DNA of 30,389 bases from Cyclobacteriaceae bacterium (GTDB lineage: Bacteria; Bacteroidota; Bacteroidia; Cytophagales; Cyclobacteriaceae): NCBI GenBank assembly GCA_035327445.1, contig DAOLDI010000001.1, forward strand, positions 1 to 30,389, given 5' to 3'. Position 1 is the stretch's first letter. Each line of letters starts with the position of its first letter. Of the stretch, positions 7,473-15,537 are shown piece after piece. The position numbers and the translations under genes are program-made. The notes below the pieces were generated by a model. That model was not told the origin of the DNA and did not search any database. It worked only from the letters and a program-made list of their open reading frames with translations.

Positions 7473-9038
7473 TTAATCATAAACTAAAATGTGTAACCTG
7501 TAATCAAAAGGATTAAAATGTTGCAGCAGCTTTGCAATAAAAGCTTTGTCCTGCTGATAGAAATTTAGAAAATTATCTGTGCGTTCCTGTAAAGCACCAT
7601 TGGGAAAGAGCGCATCTTTCACTGCTTCAACCTGACCAAGTTTATCTGATAATCTTCTCTTTTCTGCACGCAATAATTTCTGTTCTATCTTCTCCAGACT
7701 CTTAATGGCCTTACGGGTCTCCGCGGCCACCATGGGTTCCAGGGTGCTGTCGATATTAGCGGCTTTTGTTTTTAGTGTCTCAAATTCTTTGCTGATGATT
7801 TCTTTTTCTCCATTCAGTAAAATCTTATCGCCAGCTAACTTCAGTGTGATTTGATTAAAAAGATAATTTTTATCCTGGAAAAACTCTTCATAACCAAGTC
7901 CTGTCTTTTCCAGTTTGCGCTGCGTTGGGGCATCAAGAACCAAAGCGAAATTGCGGGGCATGAGCATAGGGAAGGTAGTTTTGTAATGTGCAAACATGCT
8001 TTTGAATTGCAGCCAATAAGCCACTTCTGCCGGTCCGCCCACATAGGCCAGGTTAGGCAAAATCATTTCCTGGTAGAGCGGACGTAAAATCACATTCGGG
8101 CTGAACTTTTCAGGATGTTCATCAATGGCCGCTTCCATTTCTTTTGCAGAGAATTTGATATCGGTATTCAGCACCTCATAATTGTTGCCATTTTTTTCAA
8201 TACGTTCTCTCAACTGCTCATCGAGATAAAAGAAATTAATATCACGCGCAAAAACCTGTGCTTTGTAACCTTGCTTTTCTAATGCAGCATTTTGTTTTTC
8301 AATCAGGGTTTTGGCGCTGTGATTGAACAAATCATCCTTGATGACATCCATGAATAATCTCTTGAGCTCTTTATCATCAGCATCAATTACCAGTAAACCT
8401 TCTTCAGCAAAAAGTGCATTCACATAATGCCGGACTGCCTGGCTAAGGTTTTCATTTTTTAAATAGGCTTCTTTAAATATGCTGATGTCTCCGGGCAACT
8501 CATCGAGTAAAGCTTTTATGTCTTGAGTTTTGAATCTGCCAACAGCACCTTTTTGATTTGTTTCCCAGGTGTATTTCTTTCCGTAAAGTCTGAAAGATTT
8601 TATCTCATCAAAATCATGGTCTTCAGTAGCGGCCCAATACACAGGCACAAAATGGTAAGCGGGGTATTGTTGTTTTAATTTTTTACAGGTATTGATAACG
8701 GTAACAATCTTATAAATAAAATACAGCGGACCGGTAAACAGGTTGAGTTGGTGACCTGTTGTAATCGTGAAAGTATTTTTGTTTTCAAGCGAGGCGATAT
8801 TCTGTTTTACAGCCTCATGACAATCGATGTGCTGGTATTGCACTTGAAGGGCATCGACTAAAACTTTGCGATTCGCGGCTGGATAAGTCTTACTTTTTTC
8901 CTCAAGCTGAATTTTGAAATTGGATATCTCCGGGAACTGGTTATAAAAATCTTTCAGTTGCGGTTGTTGCTTGATATAATCAAGAAAAAGCGGGGAGAAT
9001 GAATGTGTATCCGCAAAGGCAAGGTGGTGAAGCTTCAT
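7473..9038 (-). CDS. bshC: Bacillithiol biosynthesis cysteine-adding enzyme BshC
   Basis: ITTGHQLNLFTGPLYFIYK, YWAATEDHDFDEI, FSPNVILRPLYQE..LPNLAYVGGPAE.AYW.Q, LQER. Confidence 0.96.
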   Translation of the reverse strand: MKLHHLAFADTHSFSPLFLDYIKQQPQLKDFYNQFPEISNFKIQLEEKSKTYPAANRKVLVDALQVQYQHIDCHEAVKQNIASLENKNTFTITTGHQLNLFTGPLYFIYKIVTVINTCKKLKQQYPAYHFVPVYWAATEDHDFDEIKSFRLYGKKYTWETNQKGAVGRFKTQDIKALLDELPGDISIFKEAYLKNENLSQAVRHYVNALFAEEGLLVIDADDKELKRLFMDVIKDDLFNHSAKTLIEKQNAALEKQGYKAQVFARDINFFYLDEQLRERIEKNGNNYEVLNTDIKFSAKEMEAAIDEHPEKFSPNVILRPLYQEMILPNLAYVGGPAEVAYWLQFKSMFAHYKTTFPMLMPRNFALVLDAPTQRKLEKTGLGYEEFFQDKNYLFNQITLKLAGDKILLNGEKEIISKEFETLKTKAANIDSTLEPMVAAETRKAIKSLEKIEQKLLRAEKRRLSDKLGQVEAVKDALFPNGALQERTDNFLNFYQQDKAFIAKLLQHFNPFDYRLHILVYD

Positions 9039-9112
9039 GTCAACAACAGGTAGAAATAAAAATCATATCCCGAAATAACGCGAAATAATTCATAAGGTTA
9101 ATCATCTTATCC

Positions 9113-9176
9113 TTCGAGTGGTTGAACCCCGTTCCGTCCCGAAGCCTCGGGGCTTCGGAAAATCGGGACTTCGAAG
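9113..9176. repeat. Nested palindromic element
   Basis: ccgaagcc (9139-9146)/ggcttcgg (9151-9158); gtcccga (9136-9142)/tcgggac (9163-9169); outer cttcgagt/acttcgaag. Confidence 0.75.
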
Positions 9177-9189
9177 CGATTTTCCTTAT

Positions 9190-9233
9190 AACCTCTGCGA
9201 GAGTCCCGGCAAAGCCGGACTGCTCGCAGGGTT
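9190..9233. terminator. GC-rich hairpin immediately after the rimO stop (probable terminator or RNA-processing stem)
   Basis: aacc-t-ctgcgag-agtc-c-cggc-aaa-gccg-gact-g-ctcgcag-ggtt; abuts the rimO stop at 9234. The T-run is on the + side, so directionality is uncertain. Confidence 0.55.
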
Positions 9234-10544
9234 TTATTTTACAGGACTGCCAATCAAATCAAATTCAGTACAATCCTCAATTTTTACATTTACAAAATCA
9301 CCAATGCGCAAGTATTCTTTGCTTTTGATAATTACTTCGTTGTCAACTTCAGGAGAATCGGCTTCAGTTCTGCCAATGAAATCTCCGCTTTCTTTTCTGT
9401 CGACCAGCACCTTGAAAACTTTGCCTACTTTCTCCTGGTTCAGTTCAACAGAAATGCTTTGCTGCAGTTCCATCACCTCATCGGCTCTTTGTTGCTTAAC
9501 TTCATCAGGTACATCATCTTTCATGCTATAGGCATGTGTATTTTCTTCGTGCGAATATGTAAAAATACCCAGCCTGTCGAAACGCGATTTTTCTACAAAG
9601 TCGAGCATATCTTCAAAATCTGCTTCAGTTTCACCGGGATGGCCGGCAATCAATGTGGTACGAATAGCAATGCCCGGTACTTTCTCACGAATAGTTTGCA
9701 ATAGCGCTTCGGTTTTTTCACGGGTTGTTCCTCTGCGCATAAGCTGCAACATACGGCTTGCTCCATGCTGTAAAGGAATATCGAGATAATTACAGATGTT
9801 CGGTCTGGTGGCCATCACGTCAAGTACATCCAATGGAAAACCGGTAGGGAAGGCGTAATGCAATCTTATCCAATCAATGCCCTCTACATCTGCAAGGCGA
9901 TTTAACAGCTCGGCCAAATTTCTTTTCTTATAAATATCGAGGCCATAATAAGTAGAGTCTTGTGCAATCAGCAATAATTCTTTGGTGCCATTCTTCGCCA
10001 GGTTTTTGGCTTCGAGCACAAGTTCTTCTATGGGTCTTGAAATATGTTTGCCGCGCATTAAGGGAATAGCGCAAAAAGAGCAGGGTCGGTCGCAGCCCTC
10101 AGAAATTTTTAAGTAAGCATAATGTGAGGGTGAGGTGATGATGCGTTCGCCAACCAATTCTTGTTTGTAATCAGCCTTGAATTTTTTAAGCAGCAATGAC
10201 AAATCGCGGGTACCAAACCAGGCATCTACCTGGGGTATTTCTTTTTCAAGGTCATCTTTATAGCGTTGCGAAAGGCAACCCGTAACATAAACCTTATCTA
10301 CAATGCCCTCATCTTTGGCATCTACATATCTCAAAATGGTGTCAACACTCTCCTGCTTGGCATTATCAATAAAACCGCAGGTATTGATGACCACAATATT
10401 GGCATCATCCCTTTTTGATTCATGGCTTACTTCTATGCCATTACCCCTAAGCTGGGTAAGCAATACCTCAGAATCAACCAGGTTTTTGGAACACCCGAGG
10501 GTTACAATGTTTACTTTGTCTTTACGTTTTCCTTTCGTTCTCAC
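9234..10544 (-). CDS. rimO: Ribosomal protein S12 methylthiotransferase RimO
   Basis: TLGCSKNLVDSE, NTCGFI, TGCL, radical-SAM CDRPCSFC, TRAM-end GRTEADSPEVD. Start likely the GTG at 10544 (MRTK...); the ORF track uses the TTG at 10553. Confidence 0.97.
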   Translation of the reverse strand: MRTKGKRKDKVNIVTLGCSKNLVDSEVLLTQLRGNGIEVSHESKRDDANIVVINTCGFIDNAKQESVDTILRYVDAKDEGIVDKVYVTGCLSQRYKDDLEKEIPQVDAWFGTRDLSLLLKKFKADYKQELVGERIITSPSHYAYLKISEGCDRPCSFCAIPLMRGKHISRPIEELVLEAKNLAKNGTKELLLIAQDSTYYGLDIYKKRNLAELLNRLADVEGIDWIRLHYAFPTGFPLDVLDVMATRPNICNYLDIPLQHGASRMLQLMRRGTTREKTEALLQTIREKVPGIAIRTTLIAGHPGETEADFEDMLDFVEKSRFDRLGIFTYSHEENTHAYSMKDDVPDEVKQQRADEVMELQQSISVELNQEKVGKVFKVLVDRKESGDFIGRTEADSPEVDNEVIIKSKEYLRIGDFVNVKIEDCTEFDLIGSPVK

Positions 10545-10564
10545 ATCATTCAAAATCAGGGCTG

Positions 10565-10572
10565 CAAATCTA
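10565..10572 (-). promoter_or_regulatory. -7 box (TAGATTTG) for rimO
   Basis: Exact TAnnTTTG on the minus strand, 20 nt upstream of the GTG. Confidence 0.6.
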
Positions 10573-10612
10573 CTAAAAATAAATCAGCACGGTTTTGGCT
10601 GATAAAGAGCCT

Positions 10613-10620
10613 TATATTTG
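10613..10620 (+). promoter_or_regulatory. -7 box (TATATTTG) for the DUF6452-DUF6048-like pair
   Basis: Exact TAnnTTTG only 7 nt before the ATG at 10628, implying a nearly leaderless transcript; divergent from the rimO promoter. Confidence 0.6.
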
Positions 10621-10627
10621 TAGGCGA

Positions 10628-11452
10628 ATGAAAGCATTTTTTCGGGCATTTACCTTTCTTTTTAGTGTTTGGCTACTGGGCGCCTGCGTAAATGAGCCTG
10701 ATTGCTTGGATCAGCGGATAACAGATGTTCAGTTTGCCTTTCGCAAGATGTTTGATGGCCGTGCAGATACCGTTTTTATATCAGGAATACAGATTGAAGG
10801 CCGCCCTGAAATTTTTTGGCCAAACAGGTTAAGCGCTGGGGTAATAATGCCGATGAATCCCTATGGCAATGAAATCAGATATTTCATTGAGCAAGCCAGC
10901 GGAACAAAGCAGCTGGATCTTACTTATAACAGAAGATTGCAATTGATAACAGAAGATTGTGGTGAGCGTATTCTTTTGGAGGATGTTCAGATTGTGGCAC
11001 ATAATTTTGATTCAGTTCGGGTAATCAACCTTGAGCAGAGTAATCCGGTAGCCAGGGTAGAAATATTCCGGTGTCCGCAACCCCGCGATTTCAGGTTTAT
11101 ATTTCGCACTTTTGACGCTAACGATAATAAAATCAGTGAGCAAGTTTTAGTGGAAAGCATCTCAGCTAATTTTATTGAAGAGCCTATTTTGTCTAATGCT
11201 AACATCAGGGCAGCCAACCTGCCGCTTAATCTAAACGATGATGTGGCGGCTTATTATTTTGAATTTCCTTCTGGTGCGCGAGATACTTTATTCATTTCAT
11301 ATAATGCCTTACAAAGAAATTTATTTAAAGTCTGCGGGGCTACAACACTTTATAATCAGCTCGATGTAGTATATAGCACATTTGGTGAGACAGTAGTTGT
11401 GAGAGATTCTATTCGTGAACCAGCCATTATTAACATTGAAATTTTCAGGTAG
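10628..11452 (+). CDS. Lipoprotein with two tandem DUF6452-like domains
   Basis: MKAFFRAF...LLGAC lipobox; the two halves share DT/LP.N/L...Y/CG motifs and both end in EIFR. Confidence 0.75.
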   Translation: MKAFFRAFTFLFSVWLLGACVNEPDCLDQRITDVQFAFRKMFDGRADTVFISGIQIEGRPEIFWPNRLSAGVIMPMNPYGNEIRYFIEQASGTKQLDLTYNRRLQLITEDCGERILLEDVQIVAHNFDSVRVINLEQSNPVARVEIFRCPQPRDFRFIFRTFDANDNKISEQVLVESISANFIEEPILSNANIRAANLPLNLNDDVAAYYFEFPSGARDTLFISYNALQRNLFKVCGATTLYNQLDVVYSTFGETVVVRDSIREPAIINIEIFR

Positions 11453-12098
11453 CATCATATTAATTCTTTTAGTAAGTCTTATCTCTTCAGCGCAGGTAAT
11501 ACCCGATACCGTGCAATCATTTAAGCCTACCGGGATAAGAGTGGGCACTGATTTGCTTGTGCTTGGGAAATCATTTTACAAAGAAGGATTTTATGGTTGG
11601 GAAGTAAACGGTGATATTGATTTTAACAAGTACTTGTTTGCCATAGATATTGGCGGATCTGGAAGAGAGTTTTACCCTTTGGAAACAGGATTGTATAGTA
11701 ACAATGGTGTTTATTTCAGATTAGGAGCTGATATAAATTTTCTGCAGAATGATCCGCAAGGAAATATGCTGATGCTGGGTATCAGATACGGGCGCTCAGT
11801 TTTCAATGAGAACTTGCAGATTACTGCAATTGATGACTTTTGGGGCGAGCAGTTTTTTGACCTTAACAATACCAATACTAGGGGTAGGTGGATGGAATTG
11901 ACAACCGGACTTCGCGTTAAAATTTTTAAATACTTTATGTTGGGTTATACCGGCAGGTTCAAATTCTTCCCAAAATCTACCGCTGAAGGGGAACTGATAG
12001 CCTATGAAATACCGGGCTATGGTATTAAAGATTTGAATATCTACTGGGGATTTAACTACCAGCTATTTTTCAATATTCCTCTAAAATCTCAGAAGTAG
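11415..12098 (+). CDS. DUF6048-like outer-membrane beta-barrel protein
   Basis: GIRVGTDL, NGVYFRLGAD, W.EL..G, Y.IPGYG, alternating beta pattern; signal peptide ending SSA-Q. The true start may be the TTG at 11436 (MKFSGSIIL...). Confidence 0.75.
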   Translation: MNQPLLTLKFSGSIILILLVSLISSAQVIPDTVQSFKPTGIRVGTDLLVLGKSFYKEGFYGWEVNGDIDFNKYLFAIDIGGSGREFYPLETGLYSNNGVYFRLGADINFLQNDPQGNMLMLGIRYGRSVFNENLQITAIDDFWGEQFFDLNNTNTRGRWMELTTGLRVKIFKYFMLGYTGRFKFFPKSTAEGELIAYEIPGYGIKDLNIYWGFNYQLFFNIPLKSQK

Positions 12099-12104
12099 TC
12101 TTAT

Positions 12105-12980
12105 TCAAAGAATATTTCTGGCAATAAAAATGATCAGTGCAAAACAGGAAGCAACTGCAATAATTGCGCAAAGCAAAAATATATTCATACCAAATTTATG
12201 TGCTGCAATTGTTTGTGCTTCTGCTTCTTTACTCAGCATATCTAATGCGCGCAAAAGTTCTGTAGTTTTTTGATTAAGCAAAGCTTTTAAGCCTGTTTGC
12301 GTATATCTTCCAATTTCTTCTGAAACGCTTAAAAGGTTCTCAAAGCTTCTGATGTATTTATTAAAAACGATTTCAGCTTCAGATCCGGGCTTTAGTTTTG
12401 CAGAAGTTGCCATTGCATAATCCTGAAATTTTTTAGCGTAGGCAGCATCATCACGAATCAGATAATTTTTTTCGTATCTCCTGAGGTTTTGAAGATCAGA
12501 TTGATTGATGGCTTTTTTATCCTCTATCTCATGCGCAATATCTCTCAGCTCCCCCTCTATACCATATCCTTTGTAACCTCTTACTTTATGCTTCTCTACT
12601 AATAATTTAAAAACAGAATCATAAGCAATCAACACACTATCTATGTGCCATAGTGCAGGATCAATGCCAAAACTCTCTTCATCTTCAACAGAATTAATTA
12701 ACGTACGCGCTGCGGTAAGTATACTATCATGTTTCAAAAGAAATTTGCTGCTGCCTGTTTCAAAGAAGGCTTTGTTATTCAGATCAAAATCAAAAAAATC
12801 AACATCATTTTTGAAAAGCTCCAGGTTAAGCAATAAAAGCTTTTCTATGCTTTCATCAACTTTTCTGATTTGTTCTGTTTTTTCGAGCTGGCTAAAAGCA
12901 ACAAAGCTGAGTATGATAAATATCATCATCAGCAAAGAGAGACTATAAACAATTTTTCCCTTGGTGTCTTTTGAGGCCAT
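12105..12980 (-). CDS. Two-TM membrane protein with a helical (HBM/MCP-like) periplasmic sensor domain and no cytoplasmic output domain
   Basis: TM1 at about aa 10-30 and TM2 at about aa 265-288; RGYKGYGIEGELRDIAHEIE and LRRYEKNYLIR.D..Y resemble chemoreceptor ligand-binding domains; stops 3-4 residues after TM2. Confidence 0.75.
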   Translation of the reverse strand: MASKDTKGKIVYSLSLLMMIFIILSFVAFSQLEKTEQIRKVDESIEKLLLLNLELFKNDVDFFDFDLNNKAFFETGSSKFLLKHDSILTAARTLINSVEDEESFGIDPALWHIDSVLIAYDSVFKLLVEKHKVRGYKGYGIEGELRDIAHEIEDKKAINQSDLQNLRRYEKNYLIRDDAAYAKKFQDYAMATSAKLKPGSEAEIVFNKYIRSFENLLSVSEEIGRYTQTGLKALLNQKTTELLRALDMLSKEAEAQTIAAHKFGMNIFLLCAIIAVASCFALIIFIARNIL

Positions 12981-13019
12981 TATTGTGATTTAAAAGTTTT
13001 GCTTGGTAATAAATATCAA

Positions 13020-13027
13020 CAAAGATA
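13020..13027 (-). promoter_or_regulatory. -7 box (TATCTTTG) for the orphan sensor gene
   Basis: Perfect Bacteroidota consensus, 39 nt upstream of the ATG at 12980. Confidence 0.65.
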
Positions 13028-13050
13028 AAACCTGATTTCATTTAAGCTTA

Positions 13051-14007
13051 TTATTTTTTGAATAAGGAATCTACAAATTCAGATTTACTAAAGACCTGCA
13101 AGTCTTCAACTCTTTCGCCAACGCCAATGTATTTAACCGGTATTTTGAATGCATCAGAAATGCCAATTACAACGCCACCTTTTGCTGTGCCGTCCAGTTT
13201 TGTAATGGCTAGTGCGCTTACTTCAGTTGCTTTAGTAAATTCTCTTGCTTGTACCATGGCATTTTGGCCAGTACTGCCATCCAGCACAAGTAAAATTTCA
13301 TGAGGTGCAGCTGGTAAAATTTTTTGAATAACGCGCTTGATTTTACTCAGCTCGTTCATCAGGTTAACTTTAGTATGCAATCTTCCGGCTGTATCAATGA
13401 TTATGATGTCTGCGCCAGTATCAAGGCCTTGTTTAATGGTATCATAAGCTACGGCTGAAGGATCTGTGTTCATGCCCCTGGCTACAACAGGTACGCCTAC
13501 TCTTTCACCCCAAAGTTTTAGTTGATCAACCGCTGCTGCCCTAAAGGTATCTGCGGCACCTAATATTACTTGTTTGCCTTTTGCTTTATACTGTGCCGAA
13601 AGCTTGCCGATAGTAGTTGTTTTGCCCACTCCATTTACACCTACTACCATAATTACATATGGTTTTATTCCTGATGGAGTATCAAAATCTGCAAGATCTA
13701 TGGTTTTATTTTCTTCCAGCAGAGCAGCAATTTCTTCTTTCAGAATATTATCGAGCTCTTTTGTGCCCAGGTATTTATCTCGGGCCACTCGCTCTTCTAT
13801 GCGTCTGATTATTTTTAGTGTTGTTTCAATGCCAACATCAGAGCTGATCAATATTTCTTCCAGCTCGTCAAGCACCTCTTCATCAACACTTGATTTTCCT
13901 GCAATAGCTTTACCTAGTTTATTAAAAAAGTTCTCTTTAGACTTTTCCAAGCCCTTGTCGAGTGACTCTTTTTTGTCTTTAGAGAAAAGTTTGCCCAGAA
14001 ATGCCAT
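13051..14007 (-). CDS. ftsY: Signal recognition particle receptor FtsY
   Basis: GVNGVGKTTT, AADTFRAAA, DTAGR, DGSTGQN, TKLDGTAKGG, GVGE...DLQ.F. Confidence 0.98.
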   Translation of the reverse strand: MAFLGKLFSKDKKESLDKGLEKSKENFFNKLGKAIAGKSSVDEEVLDELEEILISSDVGIETTLKIIRRIEERVARDKYLGTKELDNILKEEIAALLEENKTIDLADFDTPSGIKPYVIMVVGVNGVGKTTTIGKLSAQYKAKGKQVILGAADTFRAAAVDQLKLWGERVGVPVVARGMNTDPSAVAYDTIKQGLDTGADIIIIDTAGRLHTKVNLMNELSKIKRVIQKILPAAPHEILLVLDGSTGQNAMVQAREFTKATEVSALAITKLDGTAKGGVVIGISDAFKIPVKYIGVGERVEDLQVFSKSEFVDSLFKK

Positions 14008-14039
14008 GGTTTAAAATTTTGTATTGATTGAAAATAAAA

Positions 14040-14059
14040 AAAGTCCCGGAAGGGACTTT
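14040..14059 (-). terminator. Intrinsic terminator after rpmB-rpmG-DUF4295
   Basis: Minus-strand aaagtccc-ttcc-gggacttt followed by a T-run (A-run at 14031-14042 on +). Confidence 0.8.
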
Positions 14060-14081
14060 CAAAATTAATGTCTTTCAGGCA

Positions 14082-14237
14082 TTATTTCTTCGCCAGTACA
14101 TCCTTAACCATATCGGCAGGGACAATTTCTTCTTTAAAGGTATAAGCACCAGTTTTATCTGATTTTACCGCTCTGATCACTTTCGCGAAGTTTTTACCTT
14201 CTCCCTTCTTAAGAGTTGCAACAACTTTCTTTGCCAT
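14082..14237 (-). CDS. DUF4295 small protein (Bacteroidota ribosomal protein bL38); missing from the ORF track
   Basis: Manual translation MAKKVVATLKKGEGKNFAKVIRAVKSDKTGAYTFKEEIVPADMVKDVLAKK (51 aa), 2 nt after the rpmG stop. Confidence 0.92.
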   Translation of the reverse strand: MAKKVVATLKKGEGKNFAKVIRAVKSDKTGAYTFKEEIVPADMVKDVLAKK

Positions 14238-14239
14238 GA

Positions 14240-14422
14240 TTACTTAATTTCTTTGTGAATAGTATATTTTTTCAAAATAGGATTGTACTTCTTAAGCTCG
14301 ATGCGCTCTGTAGTATTTTTCCTGTTTTTTGTGGTGATGTAACGAGACATGCCGGGCATACCGGTTGTCTTATGTTCGGTACATTCTAAAATCACCTGAA
14401 TTCTGTTCTTGTTCCTTGCCAT
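14240..14422 (-). CDS. rpmG: 50S ribosomal protein L33
   Basis: [11 protein letters not shown]...[22 protein letters not shown]...T.HKEIK (Bacteroidota long form, no CxxC). Confidence 0.97.
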   Translation of the reverse strand: MARNKNRIQVILECTEHKTTGMPGMSRYITTKNRKNTTERIELKKYNPILKKYTIHKEIK

Positions 14423-14434
14423 TGCTGCTCAGAT

Positions 14435-14674
14435 TTAAACTAATACGTTTCCGTTTTTTCTTGCCTCTTTTAATACAGCAGTAATACCCTTCTTATTGAT
14501 GGTTTTTAATGCTTTTGTAGACAATTTCAGCGTAATCCACTTATCCTCTTCCGGAATATAGAAACGCTTCTTTTGAAGGTTCGGGTAAAATCTACGCTTA
14601 GTCTTATTGTTAGCGTGAGAAACATTGTTTCCTACCCTGGGCCTTTTACCTGTTATTTGACAAACTCTAGCCAT
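14435..14674 (-). CDS. rpmB: 50S ribosomal protein L28
   Basis: [10 protein letters not shown]...[20 protein letters not shown]. Confidence 0.98.
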   Translation of the reverse strand: MARVCQITGKRPRVGNNVSHANNKTKRRFYPNLQKKRFYIPEEDKWITLKLSTKALKTINKKGITAVLKEARKNGNVLV

Positions 14675-14761
14675 TTTTCACAATTCGTTTTGCCCTCAAA
14701 AAAGGGACTGCAAATATCGTTAAAAAGGCCTCAAAATTCCAAAATACCCCCAAAATAAAAG

Positions 14762-15430
14762 TTAAGATTCAAAAAAGGCCTTTTGGATAGCTTCAGGGCT
14801 GATTTCATCAAAATCGGCAATCACCAAATCGGCATTTGGCATCTCATCGGCAGTATGGGTGGTGCTTATTCCGACCACTTTTGTGCCGGCAGCACGTGCC
14901 GCTTTCAGGCCAGACAGCGAATCTTCAAAGACTATACATTGGGCAGGAGGCATCCCAAGTGCTTCGCAACATCTGATGTAAATCTCAGGGTCGGGTTTTC
15001 CTTTATTCACATGAGATTCGTCCAGGATAATATTGAAAAAAGACTCGGCTTTAATCGCTTTGAGAGTGAAATCAACATTTATTCGCGGAGCCGATGTGCC
15101 AATAGCTACTTTAATGCCTGCTTTAGCCAGTTTTTCCAGAAAACCATGTAACCCCTGAACGGGTATAATATCGTTTTTATAAAGTTCCTGATACAGCAAC
15201 TCCTTTTCAATGGCATAATCGCGAAGTTTCTCGGCCTCCAGGTTCCCGCCAAATAAATTGCTGATCCACTCTTTATTTGTTCTTCCGAAAATACGTTGTT
15301 TTAATTCTTCTTCTGTGAGATGAAATCCATATTTACTGCAAAAATTCTGTAGGGCTATTTTATGATATGGGTTACTGTCTATCAGGACGCCATCCATATC
15401 GAAAATAATTCCGAAGTTATACTTATTCAT
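14762..15430 (-). CDS. HAD-family phosphatase (beta-PGM/CbbY-like)
   Basis: FDMDGVLIDS, GTSA, KGKPDPEIY, FEDS..G..AA; ATG at 15430 preferred because the TTG at 15439 lies inside the -7 box. Confidence 0.9.
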   Translation of the reverse strand: MNKYNFGIIFDMDGVLIDSNPYHKIALQNFCSKYGFHLTEEELKQRIFGRTNKEWISNLFGGNLEAEKLRDYAIEKELLYQELYKNDIIPVQGLHGFLEKLAKAGIKVAIGTSAPRINVDFTLKAIKAESFFNIILDESHVNKGKPDPEIYIRCCEALGMPPAQCIVFEDSLSGLKAARAAGTKVVGISTTHTADEMPNADLVIADFDEISPEAIQKAFFES

Positions 15431-15436
15431 AGCGCG

Positions 15437-15444
15437 CAAATATA
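15437..15444 (-). promoter_or_regulatory. -7 box (TATATTTG) for the HAD gene
   Basis: Exact consensus, 6 nt upstream of the ATG at 15430. Confidence 0.6.
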
Positions 15445-15497
15445 ACTAAACACCAATAGCCCTTTATTGGCAGTTTCGGCTGTATAGGTTAATTGCG

Positions 15498-15505
15498 TAA
15501 TTTTG
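15498..15505 (+). promoter_or_regulatory. -7 box (TAATTTTG) for rocD
   Basis: Exact consensus, 32 nt upstream of the ATG at 15538. Confidence 0.6.
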
Positions 15506-15537
15506 AAGCATTAATTCTGCACCAATCATTTCAGTTT

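Noticed and set aside
9100-9190. Possible tRNA or tRNA remnant (GTTCAA/TTCGAA T-loop-like words, GC stems)
   Set aside because: Flanks of the T-loop-like words do not form a 5-bp T stem, and no acceptor or anticodon arms can be built; better explained as nested palindromes.
9118-9531. 137-aa + strand ORF starting in the palindromes
   Set aside because: Mostly antisense to rimO, with low-complexity Ser/Leu content typical of shadow ORFs; its N-terminus is just translated hairpin sequence.
13574-14014. 146-aa + strand ORF
   Set aside because: Antisense shadow of ftsY.
14240-14674. Zn-free L33/L28 as zinc-starvation paralogs
   Set aside because: These are the standard Bacteroidota forms in the canonical operon, not alternative paralogs.
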